Below, piece after piece: positions 19,002 through 29,700 of a stretch of DNA of 64,000 nucleotides; positions within the stretch are counted from its first letter, which is position 1, and each line of letters begins with the position of its first letter. The DNA lies in the NCBI GenBank assembly GCA_963833285.1, contig CAWHXM010000005.1:675448-739447 (forward strand). The letters run 5' to 3'. Below the pieces are notes generated by a model. It was not told the origin of the DNA and did not search any database. It saw nothing but the letters and a program-made list of their open reading frames with translations. This DNA comes from an uncultured Chloroflexia bacterium. Lineage in GTDB: Bacteria; Chloroflexota; Limnocylindria; Limnocylindrales; CSP1-4. The position numbers were made by a program, and so were the translations under genes.

Positions 19002-19904
19002 TCAGCTTCCGTGATCGGGTCGCGCGATGGCACGCTCGGCGAGGATCAACGTCCCGACGGGTCCGGCCTGCCCGCCGAGATGTGCGAGCGAGATGAAGTC
19101 CGGTTGGCCGTGCTCGGGCAGGCCGGGATAGCCCATGAGCTGCCGGTCGAGCTCCGCTCTCGCTGCGGCCGCCACGCCGGGCAACGCAGACAGGCCGCCG
19201 CCGATGACGATCCGTGCCGGTGCCAGCGCGTAGATGATCGATCGGATGCCGGCGCCCACGTAGAAGCCCACAAGGTCCGCGGCGGCCGCCCGTTGGGCTC
19301 CCTCGAGGTGCTCGGCGCGGCGACCGAATCGCGCAGCGACCGCCGGCCCGCTGGCCATCCCTTCGAGGCAATCGCGGTGGAACGGGCAGACCCCGGCGAA
19401 CGCGTCGTCAGGGTGCCGCGGAACGGCCAGATGGCCCATCTCCGAGTGGCCCAGCCCGTGCAGGATCTGGCCGTCGATGACCGCGCCACCCCCGATCCCG
19501 GTCCCCAGCGTCAGGTAGACGAACGACTTGAAGCCCCGCGCCGCGCCCCAGCGACCCTCCCCCAGCGCGGCGGCGTTGACGTCGGTGTCAAAGCCGACCG
19601 GGACGCCGAAGGCCGCGGCGAACGGGCCGACCAGCGGCGTTCCCGACCAGCCCGCCTTCGGCGTCGTCGTGATCGATCCGTACTGGGGGTGGCCCGGCCG
19701 CAGCTCGACCGGCCCGAACGAGCCGATCCCGATCGCGTCGAGCCGGGTCCCCGTCGCGATGGCGCGTCGGAAGAAGTCGATCGCCGCGTCGAGGGTCTCT
19801 GCCGGGCTGGTCGCCTCGAGGCGCAGCTCCTCGACGATCTCGCCCGGTCCGGTGCCGATGACGCACACGAACTTGGTCCCGCCGGCCTCTACCCCGCCGA
19901 ACAT
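19002..19904 (-). CDS. ROK family sugar kinase (fructokinase/glucokinase-like)
   Basis: MFGGVEAGGTKFVCVIG ATP-binding motif, GTGIGGG, and the ROK zinc motif H-x-...-CPFHRDC. Confidence 0.85.
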   Translation of the reverse strand: MFGGVEAGGTKFVCVIGTGPGEIVEELRLEATSPAETLDAAIDFFRRAIATGTRLDAIGIGSFGPVELRPGHPQYGSITTTPKAGWSGTPLVGPFAAAFGVPVGFDTDVNAAALGEGRWGAARGFKSFVYLTLGTGIGGGAVIDGQILHGLGHSEMGHLAVPRHPDDAFAGVCPFHRDCLEGMASGPAVAARFGRRAEHLEGAQRAAAADLVGFYVGAGIRSIIYALAPARIVIGGGLSALPGVAAAARAELDRQLMGYPGLPEHGQPDFISLAHLGGQAGPVGTLILAERAIARPDHGS

Positions 19905-20201
19905 CTGGCCCTATCGACCCGCATCGTTGGCAAGCACGGCCTCCAATTCTCGGTCGTTGACGGCTACCCGCAGCCGGTGAGGCCGACGGGCGGCTCGCGG
20001 TGCCTTGGACCCGGTCCACTTGCGGAGCAGCGGTGCGATGTCGAAGATGAAGGGTAGGCGTCTCGCCAATCGTAGCGACTTGACGGCGCCTCGTGACCGC
20101 GTTCGAACAGCCGGCGTCGTCGTCCTCCGACGAGCGCGGGGTCGCGGCCCGCCACGCGACGCCGTTTGCGTCCCGCGCCGGCGTCGGTCACGCTTGAACG
20201 G

Positions 20202-20654
20202 ATGTGGGAGATCAGGCAGCTGGCGCCGACCGAGGTCGACCGGGTGGGGGCGGTCCTGGGCCTCGCTCGCGTCGGCCAGGGCAACGGCAGCTACCTGATC
20301 GCCTGGGAGGGCGACGACCCGCTCGGCCACGCGTATCTGGCGCTCACGGACCCGCCCGAGCTGCAGGATGTCGAGGTGCGCCCGGAGCACCGCCGGCGTG
20401 GCGTCGCAACGGCGCTGGCCGACGCGGCCGAGCGGGCGACGGCCGCTCGAGGAGCAGGCCGGCTGCGCCTGGCCGTGAGCATTGGGAACGAGGCGGCGCA
20501 AGCGCTCTACCGCGGCCTGGGGTACGGCGACGTCGGGATCCCGCCCAAACGGGTCCGGGGCACGGTCCACATCCGGAACGGGCCGATCGAGGTCGACGAC
20601 ACGCTGCTGACCTGGGAGAAGTCGCTCGTCGTACCAGCAGAGGGACGGCCATGA
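20202..20654 (+). CDS. GNAT family N-acetyltransferase
   Basis: LQDVEVRPEHRRRGVATALADAAERA...AQALYRGLGY. Confidence 0.75.
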   Translation: MWEIRQLAPTEVDRVGAVLGLARVGQGNGSYLIAWEGDDPLGHAYLALTDPPELQDVEVRPEHRRRGVATALADAAERATAARGAGRLRLAVSIGNEAAQALYRGLGYGDVGIPPKRVRGTVHIRNGPIEVDDTLLTWEKSLVVPAEGRP

Positions 20655-21940
20655 AGCTCGTCGCCATCGGGATCGGCAGCGCCATCTTCGGGATCGAGCT
20701 GCTGCGCGACGTGTTTCGCGTACCGGAGTTCCGTGGCGCCGAGCTGTGGCTGGTGGACACGGACGCGGATGCCCTGGCCCGGATGACGAGGCTCGCACGG
20801 CGGCTCGATGCAGCCGCTGGCTGGGATGTCGCGGTCCACGCGACGCGGGAGCGACTCGAGGCCCTGCCCGCGGCCGACTTCGTGGTGACCTCGGTTGCGG
20901 TCGCCCGCATCGCCACCTGGCGTGCGGATCACGCGCTGGCACTCAGCCACGGGTTCGCGAGCGTGCTGTCGGAGAACGGCGGTCCGGGTGGGTTGTCCCA
21001 CACGCTCCGCTCGATCCCGCTGATGCTCGAGATCGGCCAGGATGTCGAACGCCTGGCACCGGACGCGGTGATGTTCAACTACACCAACCCGGAGAACCGG
21101 GTCTGCCTGGCGCTCCACCGGCACACGTCGGCGCGCATCGTCGGCTTGTGCCACAGCGTCGCCGAGGCGATCGACGCGTGCGCCCAGGTCCTTGGTCGAC
21201 CCCGCGACGAGATCGCGGTACATGCGGCCGGGACCAATCACTACACCTGGTTCGTGGCCATCCGCGACGCGGACAACGGCAGCGACCTCATGCCCGAGTT
21301 CAGGCGACGAACGCTGGCCGGCGATCCGCGACGGGCTCCGCTGAGCCGGCTGCTCATCGAGCAGCTCGGGGCCCATCCGGCGATCGACGACGGCCACGTC
21401 GGCGAATACCTGCCGTGGGCCGCGGCGATGATCGGCACGTCGGGCTACGACTTCGAGGGCCACGAACGGCGAAGCCTGGCGGACATCGAGATGCTCGAGG
21501 CCTGGGGGTCGGGCGCCCGGCCAGTCGAACCACTGCTCGCCGAACCGTCGCAGGAGGCGAAGGTCGACCACAGCGCCGCCGAGATCATGGGCGACCTGAT
21601 CGCTCAGCGGACCCGGCGGCGGCCGTCATTCATCCTGCCCAATGACGGGTACATCGACAACCTGCCCATCGATTCGGTGGTCGAGGTCCCTGGCCTCGTC
21701 GAAGCCGGGGTCGCGCGAGGCGTGCGTGTCGGGGCGCTCCCGGAGCCCGTCGCCGCCCTCGTCCGCCACGAGCTGGCGGTCCAGGATGCCGCGGTCGAGG
21801 CGGCGGTCGAGGGGTCCCGGGACCTCGCCATACGGGCGTTGCTGCTCGATCCGGTGGTGACGGACGTGCGTGCCGCCGAGCGGTTCCTCGACGCGATCCT
21901 CGAGGCCCATCGGGCATACCTGCCCCGCTTCTGGTCGTGA
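20651..21940 (+). CDS. Glycoside hydrolase family 4 (NAD/Mn-dependent alpha-glucosidase/galactosidase-like)
   Basis: MKLVAIGIGSAIFG Rossmann start, then NYTNPE...GLCHS...GTNHYTWF. There is a 4-nt overlap with the GNAT gene. Confidence 0.8.
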   Translation: MKLVAIGIGSAIFGIELLRDVFRVPEFRGAELWLVDTDADALARMTRLARRLDAAAGWDVAVHATRERLEALPAADFVVTSVAVARIATWRADHALALSHGFASVLSENGGPGGLSHTLRSIPLMLEIGQDVERLAPDAVMFNYTNPENRVCLALHRHTSARIVGLCHSVAEAIDACAQVLGRPRDEIAVHAAGTNHYTWFVAIRDADNGSDLMPEFRRRTLAGDPRRAPLSRLLIEQLGAHPAIDDGHVGEYLPWAAAMIGTSGYDFEGHERRSLADIEMLEAWGSGARPVEPLLAEPSQEAKVDHSAAEIMGDLIAQRTRRRPSFILPNDGYIDNLPIDSVVEVPGLVEAGVARGVRVGALPEPVAALVRHELAVQDAAVEAAVEGSRDLAIRALLLDPVVTDVRAAERFLDAILEAHRAYLPRFWS

Positions 21941-21983
21941 TGCGGCTGCGCTTCGGCACGAGTGAACCGGTACCCTTCCTCGT

Positions 21984-22982
21984 GTGATGCGAGTCGGCAT
22001 GCTGGGTTTCTGGCACGTCCATGCCTCGGACTACGCGGCCGAGGCGCAAGCCCATCCGGGCGTCGAGATCGTGGCTGCCTGGGACGAGGATCCGGTCCGG
22101 GGCGAGGCCGGGGCGGCAGGCCTCGGCGTCACCTGCCACGCGGACCTGGCGGAGCTCCTGGCTCGAGCCGACGTCGATGGCGTCATCGTCACCACGCGCA
22201 CGACCGCGCACCGTGACGTGATCATCGCTGCTGTGGAGGCGGGCAAGCACGTCTTCACCGAGAAGGTCCTGGCGTTGACACCCGCGGAGGCGCGAGAGAT
22301 CGTCGACGCCGTCGAGCGACGGGCGGTCAAGCTGGTCGTCTCGCTGCCGCGGCTATCGCATGGCTACACGCTCGCGATCCGGGAGATCCTCGGGTCGGGT
22401 CGCCTGGGCGTGGTGACGGAGGTCCGCTGCCGGCTGTCGCACGACGGGGCCATCGGCCGTCGCTGGTTGCCGGCCCAATTCCTCGACCCGGAGGAAGCCG
22501 GCGGTGGCGCGCTGGTCGACCTGGGCGCCCATCCGCTGTACCTGACGCGACTGTTCCTCGGCGGCATGCCCGAGTCCATCTCGGCCGAGTTCGGACGGGT
22601 GACCGGACACGCCGCGGACGACAACGCGGTGGCCATCATGCGGCACGCGAGCGGCGCCATCGGTATCGCCGAGACGGGCTTCGTCAACCCGTCCTCGCCG
22701 TTCACCGTCGAGATCCATGGGACGGACGGCAGCCTCCTGTACGGCACGCCCGACCCGAGGCTCCTGGTGCGGGTCGGGTCGCGTGGCGACGACCTCGGCT
22801 GGGACGAGGTGCGCATCCCGGAATCGGGTCCCTCGCCATTCGAGCAGTGGGTCGGCCACGTCGTGGACGGGACCAATGCGACGGAGAACGTCGCCATGGC
22901 ACTCGATCTCACGACCCTCGTCGACGCGGCGAGCCGCTCGGCTCGTACCGCGACGACCGTCGCGCTGGGGACCCGGTCGTGA
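21984..22982 (+). CDS. Gfo/Idh/MocA family oxidoreductase
   Basis: MRVGMLGFWHVH...HVFTEKVLALT. Confidence 0.85.
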   Translation: MMRVGMLGFWHVHASDYAAEAQAHPGVEIVAAWDEDPVRGEAGAAGLGVTCHADLAELLARADVDGVIVTTRTTAHRDVIIAAVEAGKHVFTEKVLALTPAEAREIVDAVERRAVKLVVSLPRLSHGYTLAIREILGSGRLGVVTEVRCRLSHDGAIGRRWLPAQFLDPEEAGGGALVDLGAHPLYLTRLFLGGMPESISAEFGRVTGHAADDNAVAIMRHASGAIGIAETGFVNPSSPFTVEIHGTDGSLLYGTPDPRLLVRVGSRGDDLGWDEVRIPESGPSPFEQWVGHVVDGTNATENVAMALDLTTLVDAASRSARTATTVALGTRS

Positions 22983-24010
22983 ACTCGGACGGTCCGATCC
23001 GGATCGGCATCATCGGCGCTGGGTCGATCGCGGGCGAGCACCTGCTCGGGTACCTGGAACGACCCGAGGCCGCGGCCGTCACCGCCATCGCCGACGTCGA
23101 TCCGGAGCATGCACAACGGCTCGCCGAGCGTGCCGGCGGCGCCCGGACGTTCCTCGACTACCGCGAGATGCTCGCCTCGTCGCTGGTGGATGCGGTCGAC
23201 ATCTGCCTGCCACACCATCTCCACGCGGACGCCATCGTGGCCTCGGCCGAAGCGGGGGTGCACATCCTGTGCGAGAAGCCGCTGTGCCTGACGCCCGCGG
23301 AGGCGGGCGAAGTCCGTCGCGCGGTGGCGGCCGCCGGCGTCACGCTCATGTGCTCGCACAACCAGCTCTTCATGCCGCCGGTCGCGGCCGCCCGCAACCT
23401 CCTCCAGGAGGGCATCCTCGGGCAGGTCTACGAGGCGCGTACGACCGACTGCTTCTTCAACGACTTCGACCCGGCGAACATGGGCTGGCGCGCCCACCGC
23501 TCGACGAGCGGCGGCGGCGAGCTCATCGATACCGGCTACCACCCGACCTACCTCCTGCTCCACCTCATCGACAGCGAGCCGGTCGAGGTCACGGCCATGC
23601 TCAGCACGCACCGGCTGACGTTCATGGAGGGCGAGGACTCGGCGCACGTCGCGGTGCAATTCGCCGACGGGTCGGTCGGGACCGTGACGACGAGCTGGGC
23701 CTACGAGCCGGCCGGTTCCACCGAGCGGTTCTCCGTCGTCGGCGAAGCCGGCAGCCTGTGGAGCGACGGGGAGTCGCTGTACCACAAGCCACGCGGCGGT
23801 GAGGCCGTTCGGCTGGTGGACCCGCCGGCGGAGGAGATCGAGACGATCCGCCTGTCGGTCCAGGACTTCGTTGCGTGTCTGCGGGAAGGACGTCGCCCGA
23901 TCCAGACCGAGGTCGAGGGCATCAACGTGCTCAAGGTGATCCTCGGCGCCTATGCCTCGGCGGACGAGGGCCGGACGATCTCGCTCGAGGAGCTGTTCGA
24001 GGGCTCCTGA
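22979..24010 (+). CDS. Gfo/Idh/MocA family oxidoreductase
   Basis: IRIGIIGAGSIAGEHL...HILCEKPLCLT. GTGA overlap with the previous gene. Confidence 0.85.
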   Translation: MNSDGPIRIGIIGAGSIAGEHLLGYLERPEAAAVTAIADVDPEHAQRLAERAGGARTFLDYREMLASSLVDAVDICLPHHLHADAIVASAEAGVHILCEKPLCLTPAEAGEVRRAVAAAGVTLMCSHNQLFMPPVAAARNLLQEGILGQVYEARTTDCFFNDFDPANMGWRAHRSTSGGGELIDTGYHPTYLLLHLIDSEPVEVTAMLSTHRLTFMEGEDSAHVAVQFADGSVGTVTTSWAYEPAGSTERFSVVGEAGSLWSDGESLYHKPRGGEAVRLVDPPAEEIETIRLSVQDFVACLREGRRPIQTEVEGINVLKVILGAYASADEGRTISLEELFEGS

Positions 24011-24150
24011 CACCGCCCGCCGCGGTCAGTCGGGCAGCGTGACCGCGAGGCTGGCCGGCGATCCGCCATCGACCCCGATGTCCTCGCCGGTGCCGAAGCT
24101 GGCTCCTGAACTCCCCCGTCCGGGGCTCCGTCGGGCGTCCTCCGCCGCGC

Positions 24151-25191
24151 TCATGGCGTCTCATCGTCGAGCGCGTGCAGGATGCCCTGCAGGTAGCCGA
24201 TAGCGTGCGCGCGACCCCGGCTGCAATACGCGGCCGAGCTCGTGTTCGCCCAGGTGTCCTCGTCACCGATCATAGCCGGCACGTGATCGTCGATGATGAA
24301 GCCGTCGAAGCCGACGCCGGCCAGCCGTCGGAGGACGGCCGTCGGGTCGTAGTTGCCCTCGCCGAGGAACGACTCCTGGAACCGCGGGACCACTCCCTGG
24401 ACGTCCCGGAAATGGACGTACGCGATGCGGCCCTCCGGCCCGAAGCGGTCGATCACCCGGTTCACGGTCTCCTCGCCGCCCATCTCCGAGACGGTGCCGA
24501 GGCACAGGTCCAGTCCCCAGGCCGGACTGCTACCGGCCAGCTCACCGGCGCGCTCGAGCGCCTCCGGACTGGTCAGGATCCGGGTGATGCCCCCGAGCGG
24601 GATGTCCGTCGGTGGATCGTCGGGATGGAGCGCGAGGCGGATGCCGACGTCCTCGGCGACCGGCAGCACGGCCTCGAGGAAGACGCGGTAGTTGTCCCAC
24701 ATCCGATCGCTGCCGATCGGCTCCTCGAACGCCCCTTCGGGGGTCAGCTTGTAGCCGGCCAGCGCATTCCCCTCGCCCACCCGCTCCGCGTCGAACGCGG
24801 TGACCCGGGCGCCACCGCGCCCTTGCGCGTAGAGATCGGTCCGCCAGACGTACGTCGGCAGGAAATGGTGGCCGAGCACGGGGATCCCTGCGCTGGCCAT
24901 GTTGCGGATCGTGGTGCAGTAGTTGGCGAGCTGTTCGTCGCGACCGGGCAGGCCGCGCAGGACCTTGTCCCAATGGGCGTACGGGACGTTCTCGAGCCCC
25001 TCGACGACCAGACCGTCCCGCTCGCAGCGCTCCCGCAGGCGGAGCAGCTCGTCGAGCCCCCAGTAACCGTGCTCTCCCTTGAGATCGCTCGGCGTGTGGA
25101 ACTGGACGCTGGTCAGGCCCAGCTGCCTGGCGAAGGTCGAGACCGTGTCGTCGAACCCTTCGAGATGACCGAGCGCGAGGCGGATCGGCAT
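24151..25191 (-). CDS. uxuA: Mannonate dehydratase-like TIM-barrel enzyme
   Basis: FLEAVLPVAEDVGIRLALHPDDPP matches the conserved UxuA segment [24 protein letters not shown]. The protein is colinear with UxuA elsewhere. Confidence 0.65.
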   Translation of the reverse strand: MPIRLALGHLEGFDDTVSTFARQLGLTSVQFHTPSDLKGEHGYWGLDELLRLRERCERDGLVVEGLENVPYAHWDKVLRGLPGRDEQLANYCTTIRNMASAGIPVLGHHFLPTYVWRTDLYAQGRGGARVTAFDAERVGEGNALAGYKLTPEGAFEEPIGSDRMWDNYRVFLEAVLPVAEDVGIRLALHPDDPPTDIPLGGITRILTSPEALERAGELAGSSPAWGLDLCLGTVSEMGGEETVNRVIDRFGPEGRIAYVHFRDVQGVVPRFQESFLGEGNYDPTAVLRRLAGVGFDGFIIDDHVPAMIGDEDTWANTSSAAYCSRGRAHAIGYLQGILHALDDETP

Positions 25192-25269
25192 CCGCGCTCA
25201 GGCCCGGGCCGATCGCGTCGCGGGGCCAGGCCGTACGAACCTGGCGCGGTAGGATACGGCCCGATCGCG

Positions 25270-25782
25270 ATGATGACCGCAGACGACGTGACGCAGGTCC
25301 TCGAGCGCCTCGCCGGCGCCGGGATCGAGGCCTGGCTCGACGGCGGCTGGGCGGTCGATGCCGTCCTGGGCGAACAGACGCGCGCCCACGACGATCTCGA
25401 CCTCATCGTGCGGGTGGCCGACGTCCCGGCGATGCGCGAGGCGCTCGGCCGCGACGGGTTCGAGCTCGACCGCGGCCAACCGCTTTCGAACTTCGTTCTG
25501 CGCGACGCGGCGCGGCGCGAGATCGACGTCCACCCGGTGACGTTCGACGCGACCGGCGACGGCGTCTACCGGATGGAGAACGGCGACGATTGGGTGTTCC
25601 CGGCCGAGGGCTTCGGCGGCCGGGGACGGATCGGGACGCGCGACGTGCACTGCCTCACGGCGGACGTCCAGATGCTGTGTCATGCCACGGGCTATACGCC
25701 GGGCGAGACCGATTTCCACGACATGCGCCTCCTCAACGCCCGACTCGGGACGGCGCTCCTGCCGCCATACGACGTCCCGTAG
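25270..25782 (+). CDS. Nucleotidyltransferase-domain protein (aminoglycoside/lincosamide nucleotidyltransferase-like)
   Basis: GIEAWLDGGWAVDAVLGEQTRAHDDLDLIV is a pol-beta-type NTase motif. Confidence 0.6.
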   Translation: MMTADDVTQVLERLAGAGIEAWLDGGWAVDAVLGEQTRAHDDLDLIVRVADVPAMREALGRDGFELDRGQPLSNFVLRDAARREIDVHPVTFDATGDGVYRMENGDDWVFPAEGFGGRGRIGTRDVHCLTADVQMLCHATGYTPGETDFHDMRLLNARLGTALLPPYDVP

Positions 25783-25790
25783 CGCCGCTG

Positions 25791-26747
25791 TCACCGGCTC
25801 GCAGGGCTGCTCGCCGCCTGCTCGAGCAGCGGCTTGACCTCGCCCACGAAGCGGCTGAGGGTCTCGTCGTCGAACGGCGCGGGGGCATCGAAGAAGATGT
25901 GGCGGAACCCGAGCTCGACGAACGGGGCGAGGGACTCGGCGATCTGCTCCGCACTACCGACCTTGGGCGCGTCACTGTAGCCCGGGTGCTGCTCGCGGAA
26001 GACGGCATCGACCCGTTTCGCCTCGGCCGGGTCGTCACGGATGATGACGAGACCAAGGCCGAGCGTCCGCTCGATCTCCGCCTCGTCACGAGCGACCTCA
26101 TCGCACCAGCGCCGGAGGACGTCGTCCTTGTGGCGGACGAAGTCGATGTCGCCGCCGGTGTTCCACGCGTCGGCGTAACGCGCGACGGTGGCCAGCGTCT
26201 TTCGCTCGCCGTCACCGCCGATGAGGATCGGCAGTCGCGCCTGGATCGGCGGAGGGTCGTTGCGAACGTTCATCGCGTGGTAGCGCGGGCCGCGTGCGCT
26301 GGCGGGCTCGCCGGAGAGCATCCCGCGCATCAGCGCCACGGCCTCATCAAGCCAGTCGAGCCGTTCTCCGAAGCCGGACCCGAACTCGATCCCGAAGGCC
26401 TCGTGCTCGCGTTCGAACCAGGCGCCGCCGATGCCGAGGATCGCGCGGCCGCCGCTCATGTGGTCGAGCGTCGTGGCCAGCTTCACGGTCAGCGCCGGGT
26501 TCCGGAACGTGTTGGCGCCGACCATCAGCCCGAGCGTGGCCCGCGACGTCACGGCGGCCCAACCGGCCAGGATCATGTAGCCCTCGAAGATCGGGCCACG
26601 CCAATCGCCCTGGATCGGGTAGAGGTGGTCCCACGTCCACAGCGAGTCGAAACCGAGCTCGTCCGCCCGCTGGCCGACGCGTCGCAGCGAGGCCCAATCG
26701 GTCCGTTGACCCCATGGCAGCACGCCGACCTTGATCTCGCTCGTCAT
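25791..26747 (-). CDS. LLM class F420-dependent oxidoreductase
   Basis: FDSLWTWDHL...GANTFRNPALT...ILGIGGAWFEREHEAFG. Confidence 0.8.
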   Translation of the reverse strand: MTSEIKVGVLPWGQRTDWASLRRVGQRADELGFDSLWTWDHLYPIQGDWRGPIFEGYMILAGWAAVTSRATLGLMVGANTFRNPALTVKLATTLDHMSGGRAILGIGGAWFEREHEAFGIEFGSGFGERLDWLDEAVALMRGMLSGEPASARGPRYHAMNVRNDPPPIQARLPILIGGDGERKTLATVARYADAWNTGGDIDFVRHKDDVLRRWCDEVARDEAEIERTLGLGLVIIRDDPAEAKRVDAVFREQHPGYSDAPKVGSAEQIAESLAPFVELGFRHIFFDAPAPFDDETLSRFVGEVKPLLEQAASSPASR

Positions 26748-26786
26748 CTCGACCTCCGTCCCCGCGATCCCCCCTGCGTCGGCATC

Positions 26787-29700
26787 CTAGGTCGCGTCGG
26801 CCACGAGCTCCGGCGCGCCGACCGCGCTCGCGGCCGTGATCGTGACCGGGATCGACTCCGAATAGAGCACGCGCCCGAAATACATGACCTTGACCAACGC
26901 CCAGTACGTGCCCACGACGACATCGCGCGGCGGCGCGGCGGCGAATTCGAGGATCGTCCGGCCGCCCGGCTCGACCGTGAACCCCTGGGTCCATGGCCGG
27001 ATCGTCGTCCACGTCTCGAGCGGGCTGAGGATCTGGGCCTCGCCGCGGATCTCGCTCGCGGCCGTGTTCGACAGCGACACGCGGAGCGTGGCGCCGCCTC
27101 CCGGAGCCGCCGAGATCCCGCGGTCCAGGAGCTCGACCTCCAGCTCTCCTCCGCGGTCGTGCCGCGTTCCCGCCTGGCTGGACGTCCCTGGTTCGAGGCC
27201 GATGCCGGCCGTCGAGAGTGCCCGTTCGACCGCCCATCCGAGCGCTGCCGAGCGCTCGCCGTCGGCCGGCTTCGGAGCCGTGCCGTTGCCGCCTGGCAGG
27301 TAGTCGACGGTCACCACGTCCTCATGGGTCTGGCCTGCCTCATCGACGATGCGGGCGGCCAGGAAATACCGGCCGGGGCTGGCGCCGGCGGCCGGTCGTA
27401 CCGAGACATCGAAGGCGAAGTCCGCGCCGGGCGCCAGGCGGTAGATCCGCTCCGCGGGCGTCGCTTGCCAGCCAGGTGGGACGATCAGCGCGACCGTTCC
27501 CGCGGCGGCACCGGCGGTTCGCTCGGACGCCACCACGATCGGCAGGTCGAACGGGCCCTCGCCGCCCAGGAACGACGGCTTGATCTGGACCGTGACCGAC
27601 TGGTAGCCCATCGGCGCCGCACCCTTGTTGTGCAGCCAGTAGTCGGAGAAGACGGGCTGCGCCGCCTCGCCCCGGGGGGCAAGGTCGACGGTGCCGCTGT
27701 TCGAGTCGGCGGTCGCCTGGAGCGTCGCCGCGACGGTCACGATCTCGTAGGGCTCGAGACGCACCTCGATCGTCGTCCCGGAGCCGGGCATCGGCGCAGC
27801 ATGTTCCTCGAGGAGGTTCGTCCGGGCAGCGGTGACGATCGGCCAGCGACTTCGGATCGTCGCCGGGGTCGGCCGGCCCGAGGACTCGTACAGCCGCAGG
27901 GCGATGCCCTGCGCCGGGTCGAGCTCCATCCCGGCCATCCGCGACTGCGGAGCGCCACCGGGCTTGAGGACGGTCAGGACGACGGACGAGGGCTCGATCT
28001 CGACGAAGCTCGCTGTCGCGGGCAGGCGGCCGGGGTGTGCCTCGAAGGCCCGGGCGACGAGCGGGTTGTTGAAGTCGTGTCCGGCACGCACGATGCCGCC
28101 GTCCCGCCAGTCGCCGGACGCGGCTGCGACCGCGTAGTCGAAGGTGTGGCTCCAGTGCTGGAACTGGAAGTTCGCGCCATCGGGCGTCGATCGTCGCGGC
28201 GGGTCGATCCACACCCCGGACGGCCAGCCGCTGCACGAGCGCATGATCGAGAGGTACAGGTTGCCATCCGCCTCCACGTTGAAGCTCGGCATGCCCCGAT
28301 TGAGGATCGCGACCGTGTAGTCCTCGACCGTCCCGGTCGCGCCGTCCAGCTCCGCCGGCTGATCCACGGCGATGACGCCGTCCTCGAGGTCGGCGACGAG
28401 CGAGTCGAGCGCGGCGACCGTGTGGTCGGCGTCGACACCGGCGACGATGAGCACGGGCAGGTCGCGCGCCCCGCGCAGATCGGTGATGGGCTCCGCACGA
28501 CGCTGGGCCTCGCCGTCTCCGGGCACCCAGAGTCGGGCCCGACCAGTGCTTGCCAGCTGCCGGTCGAACTCGGCACGGTAGCCGGGACCGGCGCCATCGA
28601 GGACAGCGGCGACGAACTGGTTGTCGTCTGGCTGCCCGATCGCCAACCGGACGTCCGGGAGGTTGGAGTCGATGTGTAGCACGCCGTAGCGATGGCCGTC
28701 GTGGCGCGACACGGTTGACGTGACACCCTGGCGGACGAGCGCGATGACGAGCGCGCGGACGGCAGCGTCCTGGCGCGGGTCGTCGGGGACGACGACCTCG
28801 GCGACGCCGATCGCTCGTGCCGCGCGCGCCTCGGACACCGGCGCGCCCGGCGCGCCGAGCGCGACGCGGGCGGTCGCGCCGAGGGCGAACCAGTTGTAGG
28901 CAGGATGGTCCAGCGTGAAGGGGACCTCGGCCACGTCCACGTTCGGGCGTCCGAAGGGCCGGCCGATGACGGCGTTGCCCGTCTCCGATACGGGAGCGCC
29001 GCCCTGGATGGCGGCCGGGAAGCGGAGCCGGAACAGCCGGTCGTGGCCGTCGTAGTCGTGGAGTGACGTGGTCAGCTCGACGCGCTCGACGCCCGTCCAC
29101 AGCCGGATCTCCTGCTCGCGTCGCGATCGGTCGAACGGCCCGTGGAGCCGGATCCGCTGGCCGATCGGCGAGACCTCGACCGTCACCTCCGTGTCGAAGT
29201 CGATGGCCGACGTGAACCGCCCGTCGGGCGTCAGGTGCCAGGGGCCTTCGGCGAACAGCGGATGGTTCGGGTACTCACGATACGAGCGCAGCTCGTTGAC
29301 GACCTCGCCGGGCTGGATGAGCTGCTTGCCGGTGCGCTTGTCGACGAGGCTGGCGATCCCGCCGCCGCGCGACGGATCGACCGACAGGGCAAAGGTGTCG
29401 TTCTCGATGGCCAGCTCGTCGATCGGCCGCCAGCCGGCGTCGCCGAGCGGCGTCGCGCCCGGCACGGCCACGGCGTGGAAGGTCCGGTAGCCGACGGCGG
29501 GCACGTCACGCGCGAGGAACGCGATCGTCGCCCTGGCCGGCCTGCCCGCCTCGCGACGATCGGCCGACTCGAGCAGGAACGGCACACGCCCGCCGGCATC
29601 GTCGCGCAGCTCGAGCCCGAGGGAGGTGTCGTCGGGCAGGTCGACCTCGATCCGGGCGATGTCCGTCCGCGACCACGACAATGCATTGAAGACAGTGACC

